From: Providencia phage PSTRCR_127
Direction: 5' to 3' (one strand)
Sequence record: MW358927.1
Length of the DNA: 24,000 bases
Positions 1 through 8,351 of this stretch are shown here, in pieces. Position 1 is the first letter of the stretch, and every line of letters begins with the position of its first letter. A model generated the notes under the pieces. It was not told the DNA's origin and searched no databases. It saw only the letters and a list, made by a program, of their open reading frames with translations. The position numbers and the translations under genes were made by a program.

Positions 1-687
1 ATGTATTATGTTTATGCAACAGAAGTAAAAAATCCACGATATAAATTTACTCCATATAAAAAGTATGAAGTGAAAAATCCTACGATAAAATCTGACCCAC
101 GAAATGTTAGCAGTGGAACAATTACAGATGATGAAGGTGATAATGTGTTTATCATTTTTTCCACTGAGCATGGTCATTATAAATGTGCAGTCTTAGGTGA
201 TTACTGGATTTTAACAGAAAACGAGTTTGAAGAAACTTACATTTATTTAGATAAAGGGACTAAAGTAGTTAAACCAGGAAGATTTATCACTGGAAAATTT
301 TATCCGGTTAAGACTTCGGAAAATGATAGCCGGTCATTAGTTAACATTACTGATGAAAATGGCGAAAACCAATGTTGTATTACTACTAATAGTAGATTTA
401 ATTGTGCTCATACAGGTGATACAGCTCAATGGCATTTCGCTACTCCAGATCAATTCACGGCAATTGAAGCTTCATTTACTAAACCCGATTCATTGTATGA
501 GGTAGATCTGAAACTGGTTGAAGCTTACACAAAAATGTTTGATCCTGAAGTTCGTCAACCTTATCTTTACGAAGTCCAAACGTCTTCAGGCGAATACTAC
601 ATCAAAGCTACTTCTGCTTTAGATTTTTACGGTCAAATTGAAGACTTTGCTGAAGTCGAACAAGTGGTGCCATTATATGAAGTATAA
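1..687 (+). CDS. hypothetical protein, possibly 5'-truncated by the window edge
   Basis: Open reading frame from base 1 to stop at 687; appears to contain two similar small modules; no family recognised. Confidence 0.7.
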   Translation: MYYVYATEVKNPRYKFTPYKKYEVKNPTIKSDPRNVSSGTITDDEGDNVFIIFSTEHGHYKCAVLGDYWILTENEFEETYIYLDKGTKVVKPGRFITGKFYPVKTSENDSRSLVNITDENGENQCCITTNSRFNCAHTGDTAQWHFATPDQFTAIEASFTKPDSLYEVDLKLVEAYTKMFDPEVRQPYLYEVQTSSGEYYIKATSALDFYGQIEDFAEVEQVVPLYEV

Positions 688-844
688 AGTTACAGTCCCG
701 TTTTCGGGCTACGTCCGTGGATATCAGACATATCTTGTTGAAGCCGAATCTGAACAAGAAGCATTAGATGATTATTGGTCAGGCGAGCTTATTGAAGATA
801 ATATAGTCCGAGATGATCGCGAAACAGATGAACCATACATTTAA
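677..844 (+). CDS. small hypothetical acidic protein
   Basis: ORF given as 638..844; the ATG at 677 (MKYKVTVPFSGYV...) overlaps the upstream stop and is the more likely start. Confidence 0.6.
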   Translation: MKYKVTVPFSGYVRGYQTYLVEAESEQEALDDYWSGELIEDNIVRDDRETDEPYI

Positions 845-865
845 GGAACCTTCGGGTTCCTTTTT
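843..865 (+). terminator. intrinsic terminator AAGGAACC-TTCG-GGTTCCTT-TTT
   Basis: 8-bp perfect stem, C(TTCG)G tetraloop, T tract; directly after the stop codon. Confidence 0.9.
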
Positions 866-876
866 CGTTTTAAAGG

Positions 877-913
877 TTTACAACTCAAAGACACTATGAT
901 AGTATTGCTTTGA
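877..913 (+). promoter_or_regulatory. early sigma70-type promoter TTTACA-17-TAGTAT with TCAAAG/CTTTGA arms around the -10
   Basis: -35 at 877-882, -10 at 900-905; arms 885-890 and 908-913; 20 nt upstream of the ORF at 935. Confidence 0.75.
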
Positions 914-934
914 CCTTTTTATTAGGAGATTAAA

Positions 935-1246
935 ATGACTAAGTACTTTAATTTGAATCTTGAATTTGTTAAAAAATTTATTGATTATGAAGATATTGCC
1001 GATCGTAATCTGACCGGATCAAATGCAGTTAGTTGGGGAGATGGTTATAACTGGTATGAATTCAATGGTGTTGAAAATCATGAAAAAATCGTGTACCAAT
1101 TGCAAGAAGAATATAAGGTTTCTTTAGTTTATAAAAATGGTATGTGGTCTGCAGGATGTAGTATTGGCGAATTCGCTGATGTGACTTATGAGCACGAAAA
1201 CCCGCGATATGCCCTGATGTTTATGTTGTGTTATTTAAAAGATTAG
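935..1246 (+). CDS. hypothetical protein
   Basis: ORF preceded by aggag-type RBS and early promoter. Confidence 0.75.
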   Translation: MTKYFNLNLEFVKKFIDYEDIADRNLTGSNAVSWGDGYNWYEFNGVENHEKIVYQLQEEYKVSLVYKNGMWSAGCSIGEFADVTYEHENPRYALMFMLCYLKD

Positions 1247-1290
1247 TATACAAGGTCAGAATGATGTGTTAATATTATTCTGACCTTGTT
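1247..1290 (+). promoter_or_regulatory. early promoter TATACA-17-TAATAT embedded in a 13-bp perfect inverted repeat followed by TTTTATT (PeSL-like)
   Basis: -35 1247-1252, -10 1270-1275; ACAAGGTCAGAAT (1250-1262) pairs with ATTCTGACCTTGT (1277-1289). Confidence 0.75.
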
Positions 1291-1308
1291 TTATTAACTG
1301 GAGGATTT

Positions 1309-2097
1309 ATGTTTAACGAACTTATTAATAGTTTAATCGAAGCACGTAAAAAAGCATACATAGAACATCGTCAACGTATCATTGCACGAGCTGAAGAGCT
1401 TAATGCCGGTTGGACGATGAATTCAAAACTGCGAAAAGATTTAGGTATAAGAACGGTACAACCTACTGAAGGTAAGGACGGTCGTCTGCATGCTCCGTTC
1501 GATGGTTACCTTTGGGAACATCCTCGTACCGGTTCAATTGATGAATATGGCGGTGGTCAATATCTACCTGTTACTGACGAATGGGATGATATAGAAAAAC
1601 CTGATTATACGTTTGAACATGGATTTTGGAAACTTCGTCTGACGGAAGAAATGTATATTTCATTGTTAGGAAATTCTTATATCGAAACTAAAACACCATA
1701 TAAAAAATGGACCGTTTCAAATACTCCTGTCTGTATGGTTGAGGTAAGAACACACAAGGAAATCCTGAAAGCAATCCAGGAATATTCTGAAAAAGTGTTT
1801 GATGATTTATATGCCGAAACTAAAAAAGATAAAGGAATTGCTCCTGAGGGCAAACAGACAGTAAAAGGTACTATTGTCCGGGTAAAAACCTACGAAGATT
1901 TTTATGGCGTAACTTCTAAAATGACCGTAGAACTTGAAAATAAATCAACTGTATATGGTTCATTACCAAAATGTGTACCATTAGATTATCGTAGTACAAT
2001 TAAATTTAAAGCAACCTTCGAACAAGCTAAGGATGATAACACACATGCATTCTTCAAACGACCAAGCTCTGTCGAAATCGAAAGTGATCTTTCTTGA
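1309..2097 (+). CDS. hypothetical phage protein
   Basis: Long ORF with RBS (ggagg) upstream of ATG. Confidence 0.8.
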   Translation: MFNELINSLIEARKKAYIEHRQRIIARAEELNAGWTMNSKLRKDLGIRTVQPTEGKDGRLHAPFDGYLWEHPRTGSIDEYGGGQYLPVTDEWDDIEKPDYTFEHGFWKLRLTEEMYISLLGNSYIETKTPYKKWTVSNTPVCMVEVRTHKEILKAIQEYSEKVFDDLYAETKKDKGIAPEGKQTVKGTIVRVKTYEDFYGVTSKMTVELENKSTVYGSLPKCVPLDYRSTIKFKATFEQAKDDNTHAFFKRPSSVEIESDLS

Positions 2098-2518
2098 TAT
2101 CGATGGAGTGTTAAACAGTCAAAGATCGTGCTTTAACGATGATCTTTCGACTTATTGCAGATTTGGATATATCGGAACACACGAGCTTGCTAGATTCCAT
2201 AAATTACTGGAAGATACAAATGCGAAGGTTGTTCTGATTTCATCATGGGCAAATCCTAGAGATAAAAACCGTGAATCTGAAATTGCCAAAGTGCTCAATA
2301 TCGAAGTATATGATACAATAGCATCTACAGGCGGTGGACGACAACGTGGATATCATGTAATGGATTATGTCAATGAACATAATTTAGAACATTGGGTTGT
2401 CATAGAAGATTCGATACAACATTACGTTTATGAAATGGATTATCATTTTGTTAATGTAAATGGTCTTATCGGATTAACACATTATGATTGTGAGTTGGCT
2501 AAAAATATTTTGAGGTAA
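2033..2518 (+). CDS. HAD-superfamily hydrolase-like protein (start uncertain, overlaps upstream ORF)
   Basis: KVIFLDIDGVLNS (DxDG motif I), VVLISSW (motif II-like), late VIEDS acidic motif. Confidence 0.7.
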   Translation: MITHMHSSNDQALSKSKVIFLDIDGVLNSQRSCFNDDLSTYCRFGYIGTHELARFHKLLEDTNAKVVLISSWANPRDKNRESEIAKVLNIEVYDTIASTGGGRQRGYHVMDYVNEHNLEHWVVIEDSIQHYVYEMDYHFVNVNGLIGLTHYDCELAKNILR

Positions 2519-2520
2519 TT

Positions 2521-3369
2521 ATGTTTAATATTGTTAAAGGAAGTATAATGAAAATTATTCCTCAATTTTCCGATTGGTCCGATTTCGTTAATTTGCCTGA
2601 ACGAGTATTATTAACAGACCCTTGTTATAAACCTGGGACATGGTGCTCGACTGAAATGTCTATTAAACCTGGTGACTGGAAAGCCTGCGGTTTCTTCCCG
2701 GTCGATTTACGTTTTATTGAATATGCAAATCGTCAACTAGAAGAAATCGAAGAATATAAAAATGAAACTAAAATAAAAATAAAACGTATTTTTGACAAGT
2801 ATAATATAGATGTCGATTATGATAACTTACTTGAACATCGCATGGAACAAATTAAAACGTTCAATGAAAAAGATATAGCGGATGTCATTACGTATGCTTT
2901 TCAATTAAAGAGCGCACCGTCTTTCTTTGATTCTGACGTTATTAAACATTTTAATGAAGGTCGTATACAAAGACATTGTAGTTCAATGTTTATGGTTCAT
3001 AAAGGTTATCAAGATGATGATCGATTTTCTCAGAAAAATATTCATAAAACATTTAAGTATGTTAAACCAACTAAGCATAATAGTTTAGTTGATTCTGGTC
3101 AAATTGGTATTTTTGATTTAGAAAAATATAATAAGAACTATAACAAAGAATTTTACAAGAATTGTTGTGATACCTATGGCCTCGATAGAAAAGGGCCTGA
3201 ATGTTATTCGCAATACAAAAATTCAAAGTATTATTCTTATATCCCTATTCATAAAGATATCAACGGATTTAATATCGCTACTTATTATGGCGATTTGCCA
3301 TTTAAACTGAAAACTGTTTCAGATGAGACAGGTATTATTGCAATTATGATTAACACAAAGAGATTTTGA
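2521..3369 (+). CDS. hypothetical protein with LLTDPCY motif
   Basis: ORF; alternative in-frame ATG at 2548 with RBS. Confidence 0.75.
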   Translation: MFNIVKGSIMKIIPQFSDWSDFVNLPERVLLTDPCYKPGTWCSTEMSIKPGDWKACGFFPVDLRFIEYANRQLEEIEEYKNETKIKIKRIFDKYNIDVDYDNLLEHRMEQIKTFNEKDIADVITYAFQLKSAPSFFDSDVIKHFNEGRIQRHCSSMFMVHKGYQDDDRFSQKNIHKTFKYVKPTKHNSLVDSGQIGIFDLEKYNKNYNKEFYKNCCDTYGLDRKGPECYSQYKNSKYYSYIPIHKDINGFNIATYYGDLPFKLKTVSDETGIIAIMINTKRF

Positions 3370-3370
3370 T

Positions 3371-3910
3371 ATGAAAACATTTAACTTGAACGATAAAGTA
3401 AAACTGAAAGAAACCTCGTCCTTTGCCAACGGCGCTAATAATAATCCAGACAATACGATTGGAACTGTTATTGAAGTTCGTGATTGGGATGGTTGTCTTC
3501 CATTAATTGTTAGATGGTCAAATGGCTACGAAAATGCGTATAACCATGAAGATCTTTATACTGCATCAGAAAGCTTAAAGGTACTTTATATGATCGGTAG
3601 TGAAGACGAAATTGACAATAAGCGTGTGTTTGCGACCGAAGAAGAAGCAATAACAAACAGTCAATATATTGAATTAGACGGTAATAAAAGCGTAACAAAA
3701 GAAGTAGATTATTTTAATAAAAAGATGTATGTACCAGAAAATACAAAATATATTGCAATGGACCATTCTGGGACGATTTATGCATATACTAAAAAACCTT
3801 ATATTATTGACGACAGATCAGTTTGGAGCTCAGACAATTACTATGTATTAATTGGCGAAGCTGCGTCAACAAATGTTGATTGGAAAAAATCACTTCGTGA
3901 AGTAGCATAA
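3371..3910 (+). CDS. hypothetical protein with N-terminal small beta-type module shared with ORF 21990..22463
   Basis: ORF; motif FxNGAxxNPxxxIGTV...VxWxNGxxNxYxxEDL. Confidence 0.75.
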   Translation: MKTFNLNDKVKLKETSSFANGANNNPDNTIGTVIEVRDWDGCLPLIVRWSNGYENAYNHEDLYTASESLKVLYMIGSEDEIDNKRVFATEEEAITNSQYIELDGNKSVTKEVDYFNKKMYVPENTKYIAMDHSGTIYAYTKKPYIIDDRSVWSSDNYYVLIGEAASTNVDWKKSLREVA

Positions 3911-3925
3911 AAATAATTTTGATAT

Positions 3926-3955
3926 AATAAGACGACTAGCTCGTCTTATTTTTAT
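3926..3955 (+). terminator. intrinsic terminator AATAAGACGA-ctagc-TCGTCTTATT-TTTATTT
   Basis: 10-bp perfect stem, 5-nt loop, T-rich tail, in the gap between 3910 and gene 56. Confidence 0.85.
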
Positions 3956-3968
3956 TTAAGGAAAAAGA

Positions 3969-4493
3969 ATGGCACATTTTAATGAATGTTCAACGTTAGT
4001 AAATCAAGAAGATGTAAAAAAAGCACAAACGCTTTATAATATGCTTTTATCAATGGGTAAAAACCCTCTGCAGTCAATGATGGATATGCAGGAATCATTA
4101 CAGGAATATCTGGCCGCAAATAAACCAGAAACAAACCGCTCTCCGTCTGATCTGAAAACATGTGGTGATCTGTTGACGTGGATGCGGAATCAAGATGATT
4201 ATATCGCCGATGAAACTCGCGAGCTTTATACTTCACTAGGCGGTATGTCTAATGGCGAGAAAGATGCATCTGCTGTCTGGAAACCATGGAAAGCTCGCCA
4301 TGAAGAAATGTTCAATAAGAATTTTGATGATCTGTCTCCTGCTGACCAACTTGAAGTCAAATTTGAGATGATTGACCAGGTTCATTTCTTTATGAATAAA
4401 TTAATTGCTCTTGGTTTGGACGCTGAAGAGATTTTCGTGTTATATTATTTGAAGAACGCAGAGAATTTCAATCGTCAAAAACGTGGGTATTAA
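3969..4493 (+). CDS. 56: dCTP pyrophosphatase (dCTPase/dUTPase), T4 gp56-like
   Basis: Strong resemblance to T4 gp56: MAHFNEC..., GEKDASAVWKPWKAR, YYLKNAENFNRQKRGY C-terminus. Confidence 0.95.
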   Translation: MAHFNECSTLVNQEDVKKAQTLYNMLLSMGKNPLQSMMDMQESLQEYLAANKPETNRSPSDLKTCGDLLTWMRNQDDYIADETRELYTSLGGMSNGEKDASAVWKPWKARHEEMFNKNFDDLSPADQLEVKFEMIDQVHFFMNKLIALGLDAEEIFVLYYLKNAENFNRQKRGY

Positions 4494-4496
4494 TAT

Positions 4497-5084
4497 ATGA
4501 AACCAGAACAATGTTACCGTAAATTAGAACAAATCCGTATTAGCGCAAAACGCCGTGGTTTAGATTTTAATTTAAGTCTTCGTGATGTCAACAATATTTC
4601 ATCTCAAAAATATTGTGCTTATTCTGGTGAAAAATTCCAGAATAAAAAAGCTCAACATGACGACAAGCTGACATATGAACGTGTAGATAATAATAAAGGC
4701 TATGTCCGAGGTAATGTTGTTCCGGTTAAAATGAAATATAATACTATGAGAGCTGATCATTCTCTTGATGATCTTAAAGCCATCTGTCGAGACCCATATC
4801 TCGGCAAACCTACATATGATATCAGAACGTCTGTAGATATTATGCTAGACAGTCTTACACCAAGATATAAAGGTCGTTTTGACAAATATGCAGAAATTCA
4901 CGCTAAATCCCAGAAAAATATTGGTTTATATCATAACAGAATTATCCGTATTACAAATAGCATTGAACGTATAATGAATGCTGGTTTTATCGATAAGTTA
5001 AAATTGAAATACGGTATTCCGTTAGAATCAACTAAAAAAGAATTGGTTAAAGAAATTTATGAACGCATACGCAGTAGTCTATAA
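4497..5084 (+). CDS. HNH-family endonuclease, probable free-standing homing endonuclease
   Basis: CAYSG...LTYERVDNNKGYVRGNVVPVKMKYN pattern typical of phage HNH nucleases; lies immediately 3' of gene 56. Confidence 0.65.
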   Translation: MKPEQCYRKLEQIRISAKRRGLDFNLSLRDVNNISSQKYCAYSGEKFQNKKAQHDDKLTYERVDNNKGYVRGNVVPVKMKYNTMRADHSLDDLKAICRDPYLGKPTYDIRTSVDIMLDSLTPRYKGRFDKYAEIHAKSQKNIGLYHNRIIRITNSIERIMNAGFIDKLKLKYGIPLESTKKELVKEIYERIRSSL

Positions 5085-5340
5085 AGATAAATCTGGGTAT
5101 ATTGAGTATGTAAAGAAACCTAACGAAAACACTTATATGATATTCGATAATAACGAGACCGCTATTAAGGCGGTCTCTTTTGTTAAAGAATATTACAAAG
5201 AGCTTTTAAAACCTAAAGTTAAAATAAAACGTAGGTTCTTTAAAAAGGAAATAACATACGAACGATTACCAGATGTTATTAAAGAACAATATACACGGAT
5301 TTTAAAAACGGTACACGTCAAGAAGGTGAGTATTTTATGA
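5059..5340 (+). CDS. hypothetical basic protein
   Basis: ORF overlapping the 3' end of the HNH ORF in another frame and the dda start. Confidence 0.6.
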   Translation: MNAYAVVYKDKSGYIEYVKKPNENTYMIFDNNETAIKAVSFVKEYYKELLKPKVKIKRRFFKKEITYERLPDVIKEQYTRILKTVHVKKVSIL

Positions 5341-6656
5341 TTACAATCGACCAACTAACAGAAGGTCAAAGAAATGCATTTGAACATGCTAAAAGTCTTA
5401 TTTTAAAAGCTAACGAGCTTAACGGAGTTCATACAGCAAAGGTTCAGCACTTAACAATAAATGGTCCAGCTGGTACTGGTAAAACAACCATGATGAAATT
5501 TTTGGTTTCATGGTTAACTGAAAATGGAATACCAGGTGTAGCTCTTGCCGCTCCAACACACCAAGCTAAAAAAGTATTGTCTAATATTGTTGGTGAAGAA
5601 GCTTCAACTATTCATAGCATTCTTAAAATTAACCCAACCACATATGAAGAAAAACAATTCTTCGAACAAAAACAAGCACCGGATTTATCTAAAATTCGAG
5701 TGTTAATTTGTGAAGAAGCTTCAATGTATGATTTAAAGTTATTTGAAATTTTAATGAATTCTGTTATGCCATGGACGATTATTATTGGTATTGGCGACGA
5801 TGCTCAGTTACGTCCTAGCGATGGAACTAAATCACGATTCTTTACAGATGTTCGGTTTAAACAAGTCCATTTAACAGAAATTAAACGTTCAAATGCACCA
5901 ATTATTGAAGTCGCAACAGATATAAGAAATGGAAAATGGATTTCTGAAAATGTTATTGACGGACAAGGTGTTTTTAAGTCTGAAAGCATTAAGACATTTA
6001 TGGCATCATATTTTGATGTTGTTAAATCTCCGGATGACTTATTCGAAACACGTATGTTTGCCTACACAAACGATTCTGTTGATACACTGAATTCAATTAT
6101 TCGTAAACGGTTATATAGCACCGAAGAGCCTTTTATTGAAGGTGAAATTGTTGTTATGCAAGAACCATTGATTAATGAAATCACTTTTGAAGGTAAACGA
6201 TATCAAGAAATCATTTTCAATAATGGCGAGCTAATCGAAATCAAATCGATTAAAAAGCACTCTAAGCAGCTTAAATGTCAGAACGTTGATTTTGTTCGTA
6301 GTATTAATTTTCATATTATCCAAGCTACTTCTGTCGATACAGGCGAAACTGCTTATATTAATGTGATTGATAATAAGCAAGAACTTAATTCGTTTTATAT
6401 GTTCTTAGGTAAAGTGGCTGATATTTACAAATCAGGACAAGTTAAAGCACACTGGAAAGATTTCTGGGCTATTAAGAATATGTTCCATAAAATCAAAGCT
6501 CTTCCTGCTTCAACTATCCATAAAGGCCAAGGTTGTACAATAAATAACTCGTTTATGTATACTCCATGCATCTTGAAATATGCTGAAACTGATTTAGCTC
6601 AAGAATTGATGTATGTTGGTGTAACTCGTGCAAGGAACAATGTGTATTATGTTTAA
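5337..6656 (+). CDS. dda: Dda-type SF1B DNA helicase
   Basis: Walker A NGPAGTGKTT, AAPTHQAKK, EASTIHSILKINPTTYEE, ELAQELMYVGVTRARN; matches T4 Dda organisation. Confidence 0.95.
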   Translation: MITIDQLTEGQRNAFEHAKSLILKANELNGVHTAKVQHLTINGPAGTGKTTMMKFLVSWLTENGIPGVALAAPTHQAKKVLSNIVGEEASTIHSILKINPTTYEEKQFFEQKQAPDLSKIRVLICEEASMYDLKLFEILMNSVMPWTIIIGIGDDAQLRPSDGTKSRFFTDVRFKQVHLTEIKRSNAPIIEVATDIRNGKWISENVIDGQGVFKSESIKTFMASYFDVVKSPDDLFETRMFAYTNDSVDTLNSIIRKRLYSTEEPFIEGEIVVMQEPLINEITFEGKRYQEIIFNNGELIEIKSIKKHSKQLKCQNVDFVRSINFHIIQATSVDTGETAYINVIDNKQELNSFYMFLGKVADIYKSGQVKAHWKDFWAIKNMFHKIKALPASTIHKGQGCTINNSFMYTPCILKYAETDLAQELMYVGVTRARNNVYYV

Positions 6657-6837
6657 ATTGACTATTAACGATGCGTATAAAATTTTGGATAAAATACCTC
6701 AAAATAAAAGACTTGAATATCATGCTTTCATTTGTAAAGCCGAACAAGCTATTCGCATCATCAAAACACTTGAATTAGAAAATCGCTACTTTTATGTTAG
6801 CTTAGACGAACTTCCTAAACCGGAGATTTTATGTTAG
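6649..6837 (+). CDS. small hypothetical protein
   Basis: Overlaps dda stop and dexA start (translational coupling); start at the MFKL ATG is more likely than 6628. Confidence 0.55.
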   Translation: MFKLTINDAYKILDKIPQNKRLEYHAFICKAEQAIRIIKTLELENRYFYVSLDELPKPEILC

Positions 6838-7514
6838 ATTTCATTTTTGACCTTGAGACCTTCGGGTCCACAAGTAATGCAGCTGTAATTGATCTGTCAT
6901 GGATTGTATTCGACCCAGATCCTACTAAAGTAGAAACGTTCCAAGAATTAGTTGCTCGTGGTAAACGTATTAAATTTGATTTAGCTTCTCAAAAGGGTCA
7001 ACGTTTATTTTCTACTTCGACATTAAACTGGTGGAAAGATCAATCCCAAGAAGCGCGTGAGAACATCAAACCATCTAGTATTGATGTTACTGTTATGGAA
7101 GGTATTGTTGCATTCCTAGAGTCTCTGAAAGAACAAGGAATCAATCCTTGGGAATCTCTTGGATATTGTCGTGGCCAATCGTTTGACTTTCCACTTGTTA
7201 CTGATATGATTCGTCAACGGTTCAAATACGATACCGGTTGTGAAGACAAGGATATTGATACGTTCAATTTAGAACCAGTCAAATTTTGGCAACAACGTGA
7301 TCTTCGCACAGCTATTGAAAATCTGCTTTTAGTTCGTGGATTGACTATGACTCCACTGCCTAAAGGTACTCTTGACGGATTTATTGCACATGATAGTATT
7401 CATGACTGTGCTAAAGATATTTTAATGTTACAGTACGCCAAACGATACGCTATGGGTTTACAAGATGCACCAGAAGGTGATAACATAGATCCATTATCTG
7501 TCAAACAACGTTAA
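6831..7514 (+). CDS. dexA: DexA-type exonuclease (DnaQ/RNase D-like fold)
   Basis: FIFDLETFGS, LFSTSTLNWWKDQSQEAR, LPKGTLDGFIAHDSIHDCAKDIL; matches T4 DexA. Confidence 0.95.
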   Translation: MLDFIFDLETFGSTSNAAVIDLSWIVFDPDPTKVETFQELVARGKRIKFDLASQKGQRLFSTSTLNWWKDQSQEARENIKPSSIDVTVMEGIVAFLESLKEQGINPWESLGYCRGQSFDFPLVTDMIRQRFKYDTGCEDKDIDTFNLEPVKFWQQRDLRTAIENLLLVRGLTMTPLPKGTLDGFIAHDSIHDCAKDILMLQYAKRYAMGLQDAPEGDNIDPLSVKQR

Positions 7515-7521
7515 AAAGTGG

Positions 7522-7560
7522 TGTACAATGATAGGTTCAAGTGTTATATTGGACCTATCA
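7522..7560 (+). promoter_or_regulatory. early promoter TGTACA-17-TATATT embedded in a 10-bp inverted repeat (one T.G pair)
   Basis: -35 7522-7527, -10 7545-7550; arms TGATAGGTTC 7529-7538 and GGACCTATCA 7551-7560. Confidence 0.8.
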
Positions 7561-7580
7561 TTTATCAAAAAGGAAATATC

Positions 7581-8285
7581 ATGAAATTTGAAATTGGCAA
7601 AACCTATAAAATTGATTGCGAAGAAGCATTTGTTAGCGATAGCAGTACAAATCGTAAAATCTTTGACATGATCGGTTCAGAACCATGGAAAGTGACAATG
7701 GTCGATGGTCGAGATAACGATGTTGTTATCATTGAAATGAAAGACGGTAAAGTTATCGAACCTGAAGAGATTGATACCGAACTGTGTGTGTTTTTTACTA
7801 AACATGACGAAGGCATTATTGAAACCATCGTTGAAACTGAAATCAAAACTGTTCGTGCAACACAGTATAAAATTGGTTCAACCTATAAAATCGAGAATCT
7901 AGGTTTTCGTTCTCGTCTCAGTGCTAATCGTCGTATTTATGATACGCTTAAAGATCGTCCATGGATTGTAGAAGAACTTAACGAAGACAATGATGCTGTT
8001 ATCAGTATCAGAACGGTTGATACTCGTGCTTGTTATCATGCCGAAGATTTTGATGTTGGTAATATCTTTAACGAAGATGATTTACTTGATCTTGTTGAAA
8101 TCGAACCTGAATCGACTGGCCATGCGTATGCCATTATTGATATAAAAGGCGTAGTACATTATTGTACTGAAGACCAGGTTGAAAGTCGTGTAAAAGACTT
8201 GTTAACTGAAATGCCTGATTCTTCTGTTAAGGTTTTCAAATTTGACGCTGAATATCAAGCTTCATTAAAGATTGAAAAAATTTAA
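7581..8285 (+). CDS. hypothetical protein with internally duplicated domain
   Basis: ORF 7518..8285; ATG at 7581 has RBS aaaagg and lies 3' of the promoter, so is the better start. Confidence 0.7.
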   Translation: MKFEIGKTYKIDCEEAFVSDSSTNRKIFDMIGSEPWKVTMVDGRDNDVVIIEMKDGKVIEPEEIDTELCVFFTKHDEGIIETIVETEIKTVRATQYKIGSTYKIENLGFRSRLSANRRIYDTLKDRPWIVEELNEDNDAVISIRTVDTRACYHAEDFDVGNIFNEDDLLDLVEIEPESTGHAYAIIDIKGVVHYCTEDQVESRVKDLLTEMPDSSVKVFKFDAEYQASLKIEKI

Positions 8286-8292
8286 AAAGTAG

Positions 8293-8331
8293 TGTACAAT
8301 GATAGGTCTCAGTGTTATACTAGACCTATCA
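8293..8331 (+). promoter_or_regulatory. early promoter TGTACA-17-TATACT embedded in a 10-bp perfect inverted repeat
   Basis: -35 8293-8298, -10 8316-8321; arms TGATAGGTCT 8300-8309 and AGACCTATCA 8322-8331. Confidence 0.85.
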
Positions 8332-8351
8332 ACTACAAAGGAGAAACAAAA

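Noticed and set aside
3510-3698. Antisense ORFs such as 3510..3698, 3979..4236, 5804..5989, 9078..9335, 11357..11557, 12167..12370, 12389..12589, 14339..14644, 18080..18355
   Set aside because: They lie opposite well-supported genes, show no RBS or family motifs, and read like shadow translations of the coding strand.
6850-6870. GACC-TTCG-GGTC mini-hairpin at the start of dexA
   Set aside because: Only 4 bp, in codons of a conserved protein segment (ETFGS), no T tract; likely chance.
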